Source: an uncultured Muribaculaceae bacterium | GTDB lineage: Bacteria; Bacteroidota; Bacteroidia; Bacteroidales; UBA932 | DNA length: 64,000 nucleotides | Direction: 5' to 3' | Assembly: GCA_964368585.1 (NCBI GenBank) | Contig: CAYJAK010000012.1 | Location: 19,277 to 83,276, forward strand | Shown here: piece after piece, positions 37,923 to 47,642 of the stretch | Layout: every line of letters starts with the position of its first letter | Numbering within the stretch: position 1 is the stretch's first letter | The notes under the pieces: model-generated | What the model saw: only the letters and a program-made list of their open reading frames with translations | Told to the model about the DNA's origin: nothing | The model's database searches: none | Translations under genes and position numbers: made by a program

Positions 37923-40724
37923 ATGAAACTAAATAGAAAAATCTGGATATTGCTAGTGATTTCAATGTTGAATCAGACGGCAATTGCTCAAAATCTAACA
38001 AAGCTTTGGACAGGTTTAACCTCTCCGCAAAGTGAGTTGCCACAAGGAAAAGCTGCCCTTCAAAAGGCAGAAAGGATTACCCCTATAAATATTCCAACAA
38101 AGTTAATATCAACTAACGAAAATGAGTGGATTATTAGTGATGGTTGGAGGATGATAGATAATGATGCACTTATTGAGTCAGGTGCTGCACCCTTAGATCC
38201 AAAGCTTGATGTATCTGATTGGTATAATGCAACAGTGCCAGGTACAGTTCTCACAACGCTAGTAGACCAAGGTGTCTATCCAGACCCATATTTTGGATTA
38301 AATAATATGGCTATTCCAGAATCATTATGTAGAACTGATTGGTGGTATAGTGTAAATTTTGATGCCCCAAAGAGTAGCAAAGAGAGAAAATCACTACTAT
38401 TTAATGGGATAAATTATAAAGCTGCTATCTATCTTAATGGTAAGAGAATAGGAGAAATGAAAGGGGCATTTATTAGAGGAGAGTTTGATGTGACAGGCGT
38501 AATAAAAGACAATGATAATATTTTGATTGTACATATCTATCCACCAGCTAATCCTGGTATTCCTCACGAACAAACAATGAAGTTGGGACAAGGATTAAAT
38601 GGCGGAATGTTAAGTAATGATGGTCCTACATTCATCTCATCAATAGGTTGGGATTGGGTACCGGGAATTAGAGATAGAAATATTGGTATTTGGCAAGATG
38701 TGCGTATTCGCACTACTGATGATGTTGTTATCGGCGACCCTCTAGTTGCTACAAACCTCTCTCTTCCAGATACAACAAGTGCTGATATAACAATTAAAGT
38801 GCCTATAAAAAATATGGGGAATAAAAATGTTTCAGGTGTTGTTGTGGCGCAAATTGAGGATATTAAAGTAGAAAAGAGATATTCATTAAAGGCAAATCAA
38901 GAGATAGAATTGATACTTACTCCCGATGAATTTTCTTCATTAAAGATGAAAAAACCTAGATTGTGGTGGCCTAATGGGTATGGAAAACCTGAATTATACA
39001 ATATGGATCTATCTGTTACTAGTGGAGATCAAGAATCTGATTTGAAGAGTATTCGTTTTGGTATCAGAGAATTATCTTATGAACTAATGGTAGCAAATGC
39101 AGATAGTAGTAATACTCGTTATGCCTACACTCCAGTTGATAGAAATGATACAAAAGTACCTCTATTTGATTATGTAAATAGAATCAAATACTCTAAACTC
39201 AATAGTCTGCCAACAATAATGAGTGATGATCTTTCTGGTTTAGAAGAGTTGGATGCAAATGATCCTATGGGGCCATATATTGTAATAAGAGTAAATGGAG
39301 TTAGGATATTCTGTAGAGGAGGTAACTGGGGTATGGATGATGCAATGAAGAGAGTTGAAAGAGAGCGCTTGGAGCCATATTTCCGTCTACACAAAGAGGC
39401 AAACTTTAATATGATTAGAAACTGGACAGGTGAATCTACGGAGGAAATTTTCTACTCGCTGTGTGATGAGTACGGTATGTTGGTTTGGAATGATTTCTGG
39501 ATTACAACTGATGATACAGTAGAGCCTTATGATCAAGTTCTTTTTGTAGATAATGCAAGAGATGTCGTGCGCCGATTTAGAAACCATCCTTCTATTGTTA
39601 TATGGAATCCTAGAAACGAAGGATTTGCTCCAAAAGGATTAGACGTAATGTTGCCTCAGATGATTGCTGAAGAGGATAATACACGCCATTATCACGGGCA
39701 ATCTCGCTATCTTAATATGGATGGAAGTGGGCCATGGGGCTACTTTAAGAACCCTGCGGATTATTATACAAAGAATGCAAAAGGATTTAATACAGAGATG
39801 GGAACCTATGCTATTCCAACTGCAAATACATTAAAGAAGTTTATAGCAAAAGAGGATCAGTGGCCTATAAATGATGTTTGGGCATATCACGACCTACATC
39901 ATACTACTCAAAATTTTCCAGATTTTATTGATGCTGTGAATAGTTTTGGAGAGCCTAAATCTATGGAAGAATTTGCGGCTCAAGCTCAATTTATTTGCTA
40001 TGATGCTTGGAGAGATATGTTAGAGGCATGGAATAGTAAGATGTGGAATAACACAAGTGGATTAATATTATGGATGACACACCCTGCGTGGCCTAGTATG
40101 ATTTGGCAAACCTATACGTATGATTATGAGACTCCAGGTTCGTTTTATGGAGCAAAAAAGGCGTGCGAGCCAATACACGTTCAGATGAACTTGCCAAATA
40201 ATGATATCGTGATAATTAATACTACTCAAAATGACCTTAAAAAGGCAACAGTAACAGCTACCTATTATAATTTAAATGGAGAGCAAATTTATCGCGATAG
40301 TAAAAAAATATCATTGGCAAAAGCGAACTCTTTAACAAATTGTTTTGTGCCAAAGCAAGTTGATAGTAAAATATATCTTGCTCGTATTGAACTTAAAGAT
40401 AGAAAAGGGAAGTTAATCTCAATTAATGATTATATTAAAACTGATGACAAGGGTAATAATAGGGCAATAAAGAGTGTAGCTAAAGCTTCTGTTGAATATA
40501 AAATATCTGGGAACAAAATAGTATTGACCAATACTTCAAATAGTATTGCTCTCTCCTTAAAGGTTAGTGTAAAGGATAGGGCTACGGGAGATCTAATTTT
40601 ACCTGCTTACATTTCAGATGGTTTTATAAATCTTATGCCAAAAGAGAAGAGAGCTCTTACATTCGATGTTCCTAATAGAGAGACTAAGGAGGTAGAATTT
40701 ATAGTTGAAGGGTATAATTTATAG
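37923..40724 (+). CDS. GH2-family glycosidase (beta-mannosidase / exo-beta-glucosaminidase-like clade)
   Basis: 933 aa and secreted. The N-terminal sugar-binding domain has W..ATVPGTVLTTL...G.YPDPY.G.N. The TIM-barrel region has IRNWTGE and WNPRNEG (acid/base Glu context). The exact specificity cannot be determined from sequence alone. Confidence 0.8.
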   Translation: MKLNRKIWILLVISMLNQTAIAQNLTKLWTGLTSPQSELPQGKAALQKAERITPINIPTKLISTNENEWIISDGWRMIDNDALIESGAAPLDPKLDVSDWYNATVPGTVLTTLVDQGVYPDPYFGLNNMAIPESLCRTDWWYSVNFDAPKSSKERKSLLFNGINYKAAIYLNGKRIGEMKGAFIRGEFDVTGVIKDNDNILIVHIYPPANPGIPHEQTMKLGQGLNGGMLSNDGPTFISSIGWDWVPGIRDRNIGIWQDVRIRTTDDVVIGDPLVATNLSLPDTTSADITIKVPIKNMGNKNVSGVVVAQIEDIKVEKRYSLKANQEIELILTPDEFSSLKMKKPRLWWPNGYGKPELYNMDLSVTSGDQESDLKSIRFGIRELSYELMVANADSSNTRYAYTPVDRNDTKVPLFDYVNRIKYSKLNSLPTIMSDDLSGLEELDANDPMGPYIVIRVNGVRIFCRGGNWGMDDAMKRVERERLEPYFRLHKEANFNMIRNWTGESTEEIFYSLCDEYGMLVWNDFWITTDDTVEPYDQVLFVDNARDVVRRFRNHPSIVIWNPRNEGFAPKGLDVMLPQMIAEEDNTRHYHGQSRYLNMDGSGPWGYFKNPADYYTKNAKGFNTEMGTYAIPTANTLKKFIAKEDQWPINDVWAYHDLHHTTQNFPDFIDAVNSFGEPKSMEEFAAQAQFICYDAWRDMLEAWNSKMWNNTSGLILWMTHPAWPSMIWQTYTYDYETPGSFYGAKKACEPIHVQMNLPNNDIVIINTTQNDLKKATVTATYYNLNGEQIYRDSKKISLAKANSLTNCFVPKQVDSKIYLARIELKDRKGKLISINDYIKTDDKGNNRAIKSVAKASVEYKISGNKIVLTNTSNSIALSLKVSVKDRATGDLILPAYISDGFINLMPKEKRALTFDVPNRETKEVEFIVEGYNL

Positions 40725-40764
40725 ATAATTGAATATTGCATTTAATTTATACAAAAAAAACAAC

Positions 40765-40772
40765 TAAATTTG
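40765..40772 (+). promoter_or_regulatory. -7 promoter box TAAATTTG for purM operon
   Basis: TAnnTTTG match 35 nt upstream of the ATG at 40807. Confidence 0.45.
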
Positions 40773-40806
40773 CGGGATATTATATAATTTAAAGAGATAG
40801 AGTGAT

Positions 40807-41997
40807 ATGCAACAATCAAGTGTTGATAATAGATATGCAATGAGAGGTGTCTCTTCGTCTAAAGAAGATGTGCATCAGGCAATTAAAGATATTGATAAGG
40901 GGTTATTCCCAAAGGCTTTTTGTAAAATTGTTCCAGATTTTCTTAGTGGAGATCCTGATTATTGCATAGTTATGCACGCGGATGGGGCTGGTACAAAATC
41001 ATCACTAGCCTACACATATTGGTTAGAGACAGGAGATATTTCAGTTTGGGACGGAATTGCTCAAGATGCAATTGTAATGAATACAGATGATCTTCTTTGT
41101 GTTGGAGCTGTAGATAATATAATGCTCTCTTCAACTATCGGGAGAAATAAAAGATTGATTCCGGGTGAGGTTATTAGTAGGTTGATTAATGCATCACGCC
41201 AATTTGCGGAGAGTATGCAGAATCACGGAGTTAATATAATTCTAACAGGAGGAGAGACTGCGGATGTTGGAGATTTAGTTAGAACTGTAATTGTTGATAG
41301 TACAGTTTGTGCAAGGATGAAAAGAAGTGATGTAATAGATAATGCAAAGATTAAAGCAGGCGATGTAATTATTGGGTTAGAATCATATGGAAAGGCAACA
41401 TATGAGGCTGAATATAATGGTGGAATGGGTAGCAACGGCTTAACATCAGCTAGGCACGATGTCTTTGCAAAATATCTAGCAGAGGAGTATCCCGATAGTT
41501 ATGACTCTCAAATACCAAAAGATTTAGTCTACTCAGGATCCAAAAGATTAGCTGAGATTGATCCAGAAACGGGATTAACTTATGGAAAATTAGTACTCTC
41601 TCCAACAAGAACCTATGCTCCAATCATAAAAGATATTCTTGGTAAATATAGATCCGAGATTAGCGGCATGGTGCATTGTTCAGGGGGAGCACAAACTAAA
41701 ATATTGCACTTTGTTGATAATTTGAGAATAATTAAAGATAACTTATTCAAGACTCCACCACTATTTAGAATTATTCAAAAGGAGTCTGGCACAACTTGGG
41801 AGGAGATGTATAAAGTGTTTAATATGGGACACAGGATGGAGATATACGTGCCAGAGGATATAGCTGAAGGAGTTATTGAAATTTCAAAGAGCTATGGTGT
41901 TGATGCTAAGGTTATTGGGAGGGTTGAAAATTCGGGTGATGATGGAACTGAAGTTATCATTAATGGAGAGAACGGAGTATTTAAATATACCAAATAA
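40807..41997 (+). CDS. purM: Phosphoribosylformylglycinamidine cyclo-ligase (AIR synthase, long Bacteroidota form)
   Basis: RY.MRGVSSSKEDVHQAIKDIDKGLFPKAFCKI...HADGAGTKS closely follows the Bacteroides-type PurM N-terminus. Confidence 0.85.
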   Translation: MQQSSVDNRYAMRGVSSSKEDVHQAIKDIDKGLFPKAFCKIVPDFLSGDPDYCIVMHADGAGTKSSLAYTYWLETGDISVWDGIAQDAIVMNTDDLLCVGAVDNIMLSSTIGRNKRLIPGEVISRLINASRQFAESMQNHGVNIILTGGETADVGDLVRTVIVDSTVCARMKRSDVIDNAKIKAGDVIIGLESYGKATYEAEYNGGMGSNGLTSARHDVFAKYLAEEYPDSYDSQIPKDLVYSGSKRLAEIDPETGLTYGKLVLSPTRTYAPIIKDILGKYRSEISGMVHCSGGAQTKILHFVDNLRIIKDNLFKTPPLFRIIQKESGTTWEEMYKVFNMGHRMEIYVPEDIAEGVIEISKSYGVDAKVIGRVENSGDDGTEVIINGENGVFKYTK

Positions 41998-42017
41998 CTA
42001 GCTAAACTTTAATAAAA

Positions 42018-43511
42018 ATGAATCGTCTCCTAGTGCTAACGTTGATATTATTGCTCTATTCTTGCAGCAATAAAGTAAAAGAGGTAAAGAGTGTCTCGTT
42101 ATCTCCCATAACGGAGAAAGCGTTATATGATATTGATTCAAGGTTCTATGCAAATTTTAAAGAGTTTCCTGCAGAGAGAGCTAAACTGCCAATAGGAGTC
42201 TTTGATTCAGGAACTGGTGGATTAACGGTTCTTGAAGTTCTATTATCGATTGATGAAATAAATAATATTACAGGCAAAATGGGAAGCGATGGTATACCCG
42301 ATTTTGCTGGAGAAGATTTTACATATTTTGGAGACTTTGCAAATATGCCTTACGGGATGTATCCATATGAGAAGAAGGAGGATTACTTAAAGGAGTTAGT
42401 AGTGAAAGACGCTCTATTCTTGTTAGATGATCAATACTATAATCCAGCGGAGATTGAACAACAGGCAACTCAAAAGAAAAATCCATCTAAAATAATTGTA
42501 GTTGCTTGCAATACAGCAACGGCTTATGGATTAGAGGAGATAGAGTTATTATTAAAAGAGAGTAAAACTGGAATTAAAGTAATAGGAGTTATTGATGCTG
42601 GTGTAAAGGCATTCTATGATATCTTAACTTCAAATGTAAGTAAACGAACAGATAGTGTGGCGGTAGGGGTTCTGGCAACTCTTGGAACTATAGCGTCCAA
42701 TGCTTATGAAGAAAAAATAGTTAAGGGAGCTAAAGGATACGGTTATGAAAATCTTGTAAAGGTTATCAATCATGGAGGATTAGGATTTGCCGAGGCTGTA
42801 GATCAAGAGTATGATTATATTGACCCAACTGCAACAGGAATTAGAGATAACTATAGAGGCCCAGTTGTAGGTGAAGGAGAAAATGATATAAATATTAACT
42901 TACTCTCGATATATAATTTTGACTATACAAATAATGGTATATTGATAGAGAGAAAGGATGACCAAATAAAGCAGATACAACTAAATTCGGCTAAGAATTA
43001 TGCCAAATTTCACATTGTGTCTCTTATTGAGAAGCATAGAAAGAGTGGATCTAAAGTTAAGTTAGAGAGTATTATATTAGGTTGTACCCATTATCCATTC
43101 TTAATAGATGAGTTATATAAAGCGGTTGCAGACTTAAGGATGGTTACAGTAGAAAATTATCCAATTTATAGGAGTATTATCCACAAAGATCTAACTTTTA
43201 TAGACCCTGCTGTTTATACTGCAATTGAATGTTATAAATCTTTGAGAGAGGATAGATTATTATCATTGAGTACAGAGGCTGAGAGATTAGATGCATACAT
43301 TTCTATACCAGCTCCAAATCTATTGCAAAGTTTGAAAGAGAGAGATAATAAGTTAAAATATGAGTTTAAATATGGTAGAGAAGTAGGATCTGAGGAAATT
43401 ACCACCATACAAGTTCCATTTTCAAGAGAGAATCTAACAGACGACGTTTTAAAAAGGATAGAGATTCAGTTGCCACACTCATATAAAAAGATAAAAAAAT
43501 TAATTAACTAA
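42018..43511 (+). CDS. Glutamate-racemase-like (Asp/Glu racemase superfamily) protein with lipoprotein signal and large extensions
   Basis: All four MurI hallmark motifs are present: IGVFDSGTGGLTV, GDFANMPYG, VVACNTATA and LGCTHYPFL. The protein is 497 aa (MurI is typically about 260-290 aa). The N-terminus MNRLLVLTLILLLYSC looks like a lipoprotein signal. Confidence 0.7.
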   Translation: MNRLLVLTLILLLYSCSNKVKEVKSVSLSPITEKALYDIDSRFYANFKEFPAERAKLPIGVFDSGTGGLTVLEVLLSIDEINNITGKMGSDGIPDFAGEDFTYFGDFANMPYGMYPYEKKEDYLKELVVKDALFLLDDQYYNPAEIEQQATQKKNPSKIIVVACNTATAYGLEEIELLLKESKTGIKVIGVIDAGVKAFYDILTSNVSKRTDSVAVGVLATLGTIASNAYEEKIVKGAKGYGYENLVKVINHGGLGFAEAVDQEYDYIDPTATGIRDNYRGPVVGEGENDININLLSIYNFDYTNNGILIERKDDQIKQIQLNSAKNYAKFHIVSLIEKHRKSGSKVKLESIILGCTHYPFLIDELYKAVADLRMVTVENYPIYRSIIHKDLTFIDPAVYTAIECYKSLREDRLLSLSTEAERLDAYISIPAPNLLQSLKERDNKLKYEFKYGREVGSEEITTIQVPFSRENLTDDVLKRIEIQLPHSYKKIKKLIN

Positions 43512-43513
43512 AT

Positions 43514-44104
43514 ATGAATTATTCACCAAAGGTTACCGTTGAAGAGATTGAGTCATTGGAACAAGCAACTTTTTCTGGTGAGATAACTGTTATTTCCGAT
43601 AGTGGAAAGCAGTTTGAAGAGGCAATAGATTATCTTAATACGCAAAAAATTATCGGCTTTGACACTGAGACTAAGCCTTGTTTCATACCTAAAGTTCCAA
43701 GGAATAAAATGGCTGTGTTACAGTTGGCTGGTGATGAAAAAGCTTTTTTGTTTCGTTTACAACAGGTTGGTGTTCCTCAAGAGTTGGCAAATTTACTTGC
43801 AAATTCTAAAATAATAAAAGTTGGAGCAGCAGTACACGATGATATAAAAGGGCTGCAATCTTACCGAAAATTTGAACCTAATTCTTTTGTAGATATGCAG
43901 AAGCTTGCGCCTCAATATGGGATTGAAGAGAAGAGTGTTAGAAAAATGGCTGCTATTATTATAAAAAAAAGAGTATCTAAATCGCAGCAACTATCAAATT
44001 GGGAATCATCTCAATTATCTGAAGCTCAACAACGTTATGCAGCAGTAGATGCTTGGGTATGTAAAGAAATGTATGAAAGATTAATGGAGGATAATAATGG
44101 TTAA
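43514..44104 (+). CDS. 3'-5' exonuclease (DEDDy, RNase D/WRN-like domain)
   Basis: IGFDTET (ExoI), LQLA.., HDDIKGL (ExoII) and YAAVDAW (ExoIII). Confidence 0.8.
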   Translation: MNYSPKVTVEEIESLEQATFSGEITVISDSGKQFEEAIDYLNTQKIIGFDTETKPCFIPKVPRNKMAVLQLAGDEKAFLFRLQQVGVPQELANLLANSKIIKVGAAVHDDIKGLQSYRKFEPNSFVDMQKLAPQYGIEEKSVRKMAAIIIKKRVSKSQQLSNWESSQLSEAQQRYAAVDAWVCKEMYERLMEDNNG

Positions 44105-45287
44105 AATTATCTTAAAAAGAGGAAAGGATCAATCATTAAAAAGATTTCATCCTTGGGTCTTCTCAGGAGCAATAGCAAAAGTTATTGGCAATCCAACGGA
44201 GGGTGAGGTTGTTGAGGTATATTCAAATGAAGATGAATTTTTAGGAGCAGGACACTATCAAATAGGCTCTATTACTGTCAGAATCTTATCTTTCAAAAAG
44301 CAATCAATTGATTCTGAATTTTGGTATGATGCTATAAATAAAGCATATAGGGCAAGAAGGGCACTCTCTTTAACTGAGAATAAGGATACTAATTCATATA
44401 GATTAATACACGGTGAAGGTGATTTTTTGCCAGGTTTAATAATAGATATATATAACACGACTGCTGTAATTCAAGCTCACTCTGCGGGAATGTATTTAGC
44501 AAAAGAGGAGATAGCAGAGGCTCTGAAAAAGGTATATGGAGATCAATTGTCGGGAGTATATAATAAGAGTGAGAGCACGGCGCCATTTAAAGCAGGTCTA
44601 GAATTACAGGATAGCTATTTATGGCAATTGTCGCCGCAAAGTCTTAATGAAGATACAATTGTCGAGAACGGAAATAAATTTTTAGTAAATTGGATTGAGG
44701 GGCAAAAGACAGGTTTCTTTTTAGATCAAAGAGATAACAGGGAGCTTGTTAAGACCTACTCAAAGGATAAAAATGTTTTGAATCTATTCTGTTACACGGG
44801 AGGTTTCTCCATATATGCACTTAATGGTGGAGCTAAGCGTGTAGATTCAGTTGATAGCTCAAAGAGAGCTATGGAGTTGGTAGATAAGAACGTCTTGCTC
44901 AACCCTAATGAGGGAGAGCATACCTCTTATTGTGAGGATGCCATAGAGTTTATGCGCAAATGTGATTCTGACCACTATGATTTAATTATAGTAGATCCTC
45001 CTGCATTTGCTAAACATAGGGGCTCTATAGATAATGCTCTTCGTGCGTATAAGCGATTAAATGCGCTTGCAATAGAGAAGGTTTCATCGGGAGGAATAAT
45101 ATTTACATATAGTTGTTCTCAGGTTGTGAGTAAACAAGATTTTGCATTAGCTATATTTTCTGCCGCAGCTCAAACTGGTAGAAGAGTTAGAATTTTACAT
45201 AGGTTAACACAACCTGCAGACCATCCAGTTAATATATATCATCCAGAGGGTGAGTACTTAAAGGGTTTAGTCATTTTAGTAGAATAG
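44097..45287 (+). CDS. rlmI: 23S rRNA (cytosine-C5)-methyltransferase RlmI-like (PUA + class I SAM MTase)
   Basis: RGKDQSLKRFHPWVFSGAI (PUA/EEHEE N-terminus), TGGFS and IVDPPAF motifs. It overlaps the upstream gene by 8 nt. Confidence 0.85.
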   Translation: MVKIILKRGKDQSLKRFHPWVFSGAIAKVIGNPTEGEVVEVYSNEDEFLGAGHYQIGSITVRILSFKKQSIDSEFWYDAINKAYRARRALSLTENKDTNSYRLIHGEGDFLPGLIIDIYNTTAVIQAHSAGMYLAKEEIAEALKKVYGDQLSGVYNKSESTAPFKAGLELQDSYLWQLSPQSLNEDTIVENGNKFLVNWIEGQKTGFFLDQRDNRELVKTYSKDKNVLNLFCYTGGFSIYALNGGAKRVDSVDSSKRAMELVDKNVLLNPNEGEHTSYCEDAIEFMRKCDSDHYDLIIVDPPAFAKHRGSIDNALRAYKRLNALAIEKVSSGGIIFTYSCSQVVSKQDFALAIFSAAAQTGRRVRILHRLTQPADHPVNIYHPEGEYLKGLVILVE

Positions 45288-45314
45288 CTTTTTGCTATTA
45301 TGGGATAAAATGTC

Positions 45315-45322
45315 TATCTTTG
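45315..45322 (+). promoter_or_regulatory. -7 promoter box TATCTTTG for tig
   Basis: TAnnTTTG match 56 nt upstream of the ATG at 45378. Confidence 0.4.
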
Positions 45323-45377
45323 CGGACTATTTTACAAATAGTTCTAAGTTGTTGATAAATAATCAGATATAAAGAAT

Positions 45378-46703
45378 ATGAAAGTTGAACAAATTAAAAT
45401 TGATGATTTAACATTACAGTTAAATGTTAATATTGAAAAAGCTGATGCTCAAGAGAAAAAGAAGAAAGCATTAAACGAGTATCGCAAAAAAGCTGAAATT
45501 AAAGGATTCCGTAAAGGAATGGCTCCAATGTCTGTTATAGAGAAGATGCACGGAGTTTCTGCTTTAGTAGAGGCTGTTAATACAATGATTTCAGAGTCTC
45601 TTAATAGTTATATTACAGAAAATAAATTAAATATACTAGGTGAGCCGCTTCCAAGTGAAGAGCTTCAAAAAAGTATTGACTGGGAAAATGATGATACTTT
45701 TGAGTTTGTTTTTGAAATTGGACTTGCTCCAGAATTAAAATTTGAACTTACAAGTGAAGATAAAATTGATTATTACACAGTTGAGATTTCAGAGGAATCA
45801 AAGAAGCAATATAAATCTAATATGCTTAAGCAATTTGGTAAATTAGAAAATACAGAAGAGGTTAAAGCTGAAGATTTTATCATTGCAGATTTAGAGCAAG
45901 GTGAAACAAAAATAGAAGGAACATATATTACTCTTCGTCAAATAGAGAGTGAAGATGTTAAGAATCTATTCATTGGCAAAAAACCGGGTGACTCTTTTGT
46001 AGTAAATGTTAATGAAGCTTTTGTAAATGAGACAGATCGTGCAGCTCTATTGAAAATTAAGAAAGAGGAGTTAGCAGATATTGATCCTAACTATACTGTA
46101 ACAGTTAAAGAGGTTAAAACGTTTGTTGAGGCTGAACAGAATCAAGATCTTTATGATAGGTTATTTGGCAAGGATAATGTTAAATCAGAAGGAGATTTTG
46201 ATGCTAAGATTGTTGAGAGATTATCTCAAGAGAATGAGCAAGAGAGTCAATATCGCTTTATGTTAGATGCAAGAGAGTATCTTTTAGAAAAGACAAATAT
46301 TCAAGTTCCTGAGAAGTTTCTAAAAAGATGGTTACACACGGTAAATGAAGGTAAGTTTACAATGGAAGATATTGAGAAGGAGTTTCATTTATTCTTAAAA
46401 GATTTCCGTTGGCAGATGATTCGTCAATACATTATGCGTGAGCAAAAAATTGAGATTGTAAGAGAAGATTTAGTTGAGGGCGCTAAAAGAATTGCTAAAT
46501 ATCAATTTGCGATGTATGGCTTAAATGAAGTTCCGGAGGAGCAATTAAATCAATATGCTGAATCCATCTTAGCGGATGAGAAAGAGGGAAGAAGAATCTA
46601 TGAGAAAACAGAAGAGGATAAAGTGTTGTCTTTTGTAAAATCAACTGTTACTTTAGATATGAAAGAGGTTAGTGCAGAAAAAATGCGCGAAATGACTAAC
46701 TAA
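45378..46703 (+). CDS. tig: Trigger factor
   Basis: 441 aa. The N-terminal ribosome-binding region has GFRKGMAP (the GFRxGxxP signature). It lies upstream of clpP-clpX. Confidence 0.9.
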   Translation: MKVEQIKIDDLTLQLNVNIEKADAQEKKKKALNEYRKKAEIKGFRKGMAPMSVIEKMHGVSALVEAVNTMISESLNSYITENKLNILGEPLPSEELQKSIDWENDDTFEFVFEIGLAPELKFELTSEDKIDYYTVEISEESKKQYKSNMLKQFGKLENTEEVKAEDFIIADLEQGETKIEGTYITLRQIESEDVKNLFIGKKPGDSFVVNVNEAFVNETDRAALLKIKKEELADIDPNYTVTVKEVKTFVEAEQNQDLYDRLFGKDNVKSEGDFDAKIVERLSQENEQESQYRFMLDAREYLLEKTNIQVPEKFLKRWLHTVNEGKFTMEDIEKEFHLFLKDFRWQMIRQYIMREQKIEIVREDLVEGAKRIAKYQFAMYGLNEVPEEQLNQYAESILADEKEGRRIYEKTEEDKVLSFVKSTVTLDMKEVSAEKMREMTN

Positions 46704-46798
46704 TCTCCCTTCTTAAAAAGAGAAGAAGAGTTTATTTCAAAAGAGGTTTTCTTGCTTAATAATCTGCAAAAAAACAAAATTTTGATACAAAGCTATAG

Positions 46799-46841
46799 AA
46801 AAGTAGGCTCTCTTGATTCAATTCAAGAGAGCCTACTTTTT
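46799..46841 (+). terminator. Strong Rho-independent terminator after tig
   Basis: GTAGGCTCTCTTGA / TCAAGAGAGCCTAC form a 14-bp perfect stem (46803-46816 / 46823-46836), extended by A/T pairs and followed by TTTTT. Confidence 0.8.
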
Positions 46842-46879
46842 GTTTGATATATCCTATTTTATAATATAATTTTTTATTG

Positions 46880-46887
46880 TATTTTTG
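46880..46887 (+). promoter_or_regulatory. -7 promoter box TATTTTTG for clpP-clpX
   Basis: TAnnTTTG match 37 nt upstream of the ATG at 46924. Confidence 0.45.
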
Positions 46888-46923
46888 TAAGAATATACAC
46901 GTTAACAATATAAAACAAAAAAT

Positions 46924-47631
46924 ATGGCAACGGAATTTGAAAAATATGCAAAAGGGCATCTAGGAATTAGCTCTTTAGCAATGCATAGAGTAAAAAATCT
47001 TTACTCATCTTATGGAGCACAATCATTACAATCAGCATATATTAATCCATCAATTATAGAGGAGAGACAATATAATGTGGCGGTAATGGATGTATTTTCA
47101 AGATTAATGATGGATAGAATTATTTTTCTTGGTGTCCCTATCTCGGATGATGTAGCTAATATTATTCAAGCACAACTATTGTTCTTAGACTCAACTGATT
47201 CAAAAAATGATATTCAGCTATATATAAACTCTCCAGGAGGGAGCGTTTATGCTGGCTTGGGAATATATGATACTATGCAGTTGGTTGGTTCTGATGTGGC
47301 TACCATTTGTACAGGAATGGCTGCATCAATGGCATCTGTATTATTAACAGCTGGTGCAAAAGGCAAGAGGAGTGCTCTTCCTCACTCTAGGGTTATGATT
47401 CACCAACCTATGGGTGGAGCAGAGGGGCAAGCTTCAGATATCGAGATTACAGCAAGAGAGATAGTTAAGTTAAAAAGAGAACTTTATGAAATAATCTCAG
47501 ATCATTCAGGTAAACCTATTGAACAAATCTATGCTGATGCCGATAGGGATTACTGGATGACATCAAAAGAGGCAGTAGAGTATGGAATGATTGATGAAAT
47601 ATTAACTAAATCTGCGCGTCAGACAAAATAA
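46924..47631 (+). CDS. clpP: ATP-dependent Clp protease proteolytic subunit
   Basis: Catalytic contexts GMAASMASV (Ser) and MIHQP (His). The Bacteroidota-type N-terminal extension is retained. Confidence 0.95.
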   Translation: MATEFEKYAKGHLGISSLAMHRVKNLYSSYGAQSLQSAYINPSIIEERQYNVAVMDVFSRLMMDRIIFLGVPISDDVANIIQAQLLFLDSTDSKNDIQLYINSPGGSVYAGLGIYDTMQLVGSDVATICTGMAASMASVLLTAGAKGKRSALPHSRVMIHQPMGGAEGQASDIEITAREIVKLKRELYEIISDHSGKPIEQIYADADRDYWMTSKEAVEYGMIDEILTKSARQTK

Positions 47632-47642
47632 ATTTAGAGGGG

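Noticed and set aside
46756-46959. 67-aa minus-strand ORF between tig and clpP
   Set aside because: It runs across the tig terminator hairpin, the clpP promoter box and the clpP start. It is low-complexity with no family resemblance and is a chance ORF in AT-rich intergenic DNA.
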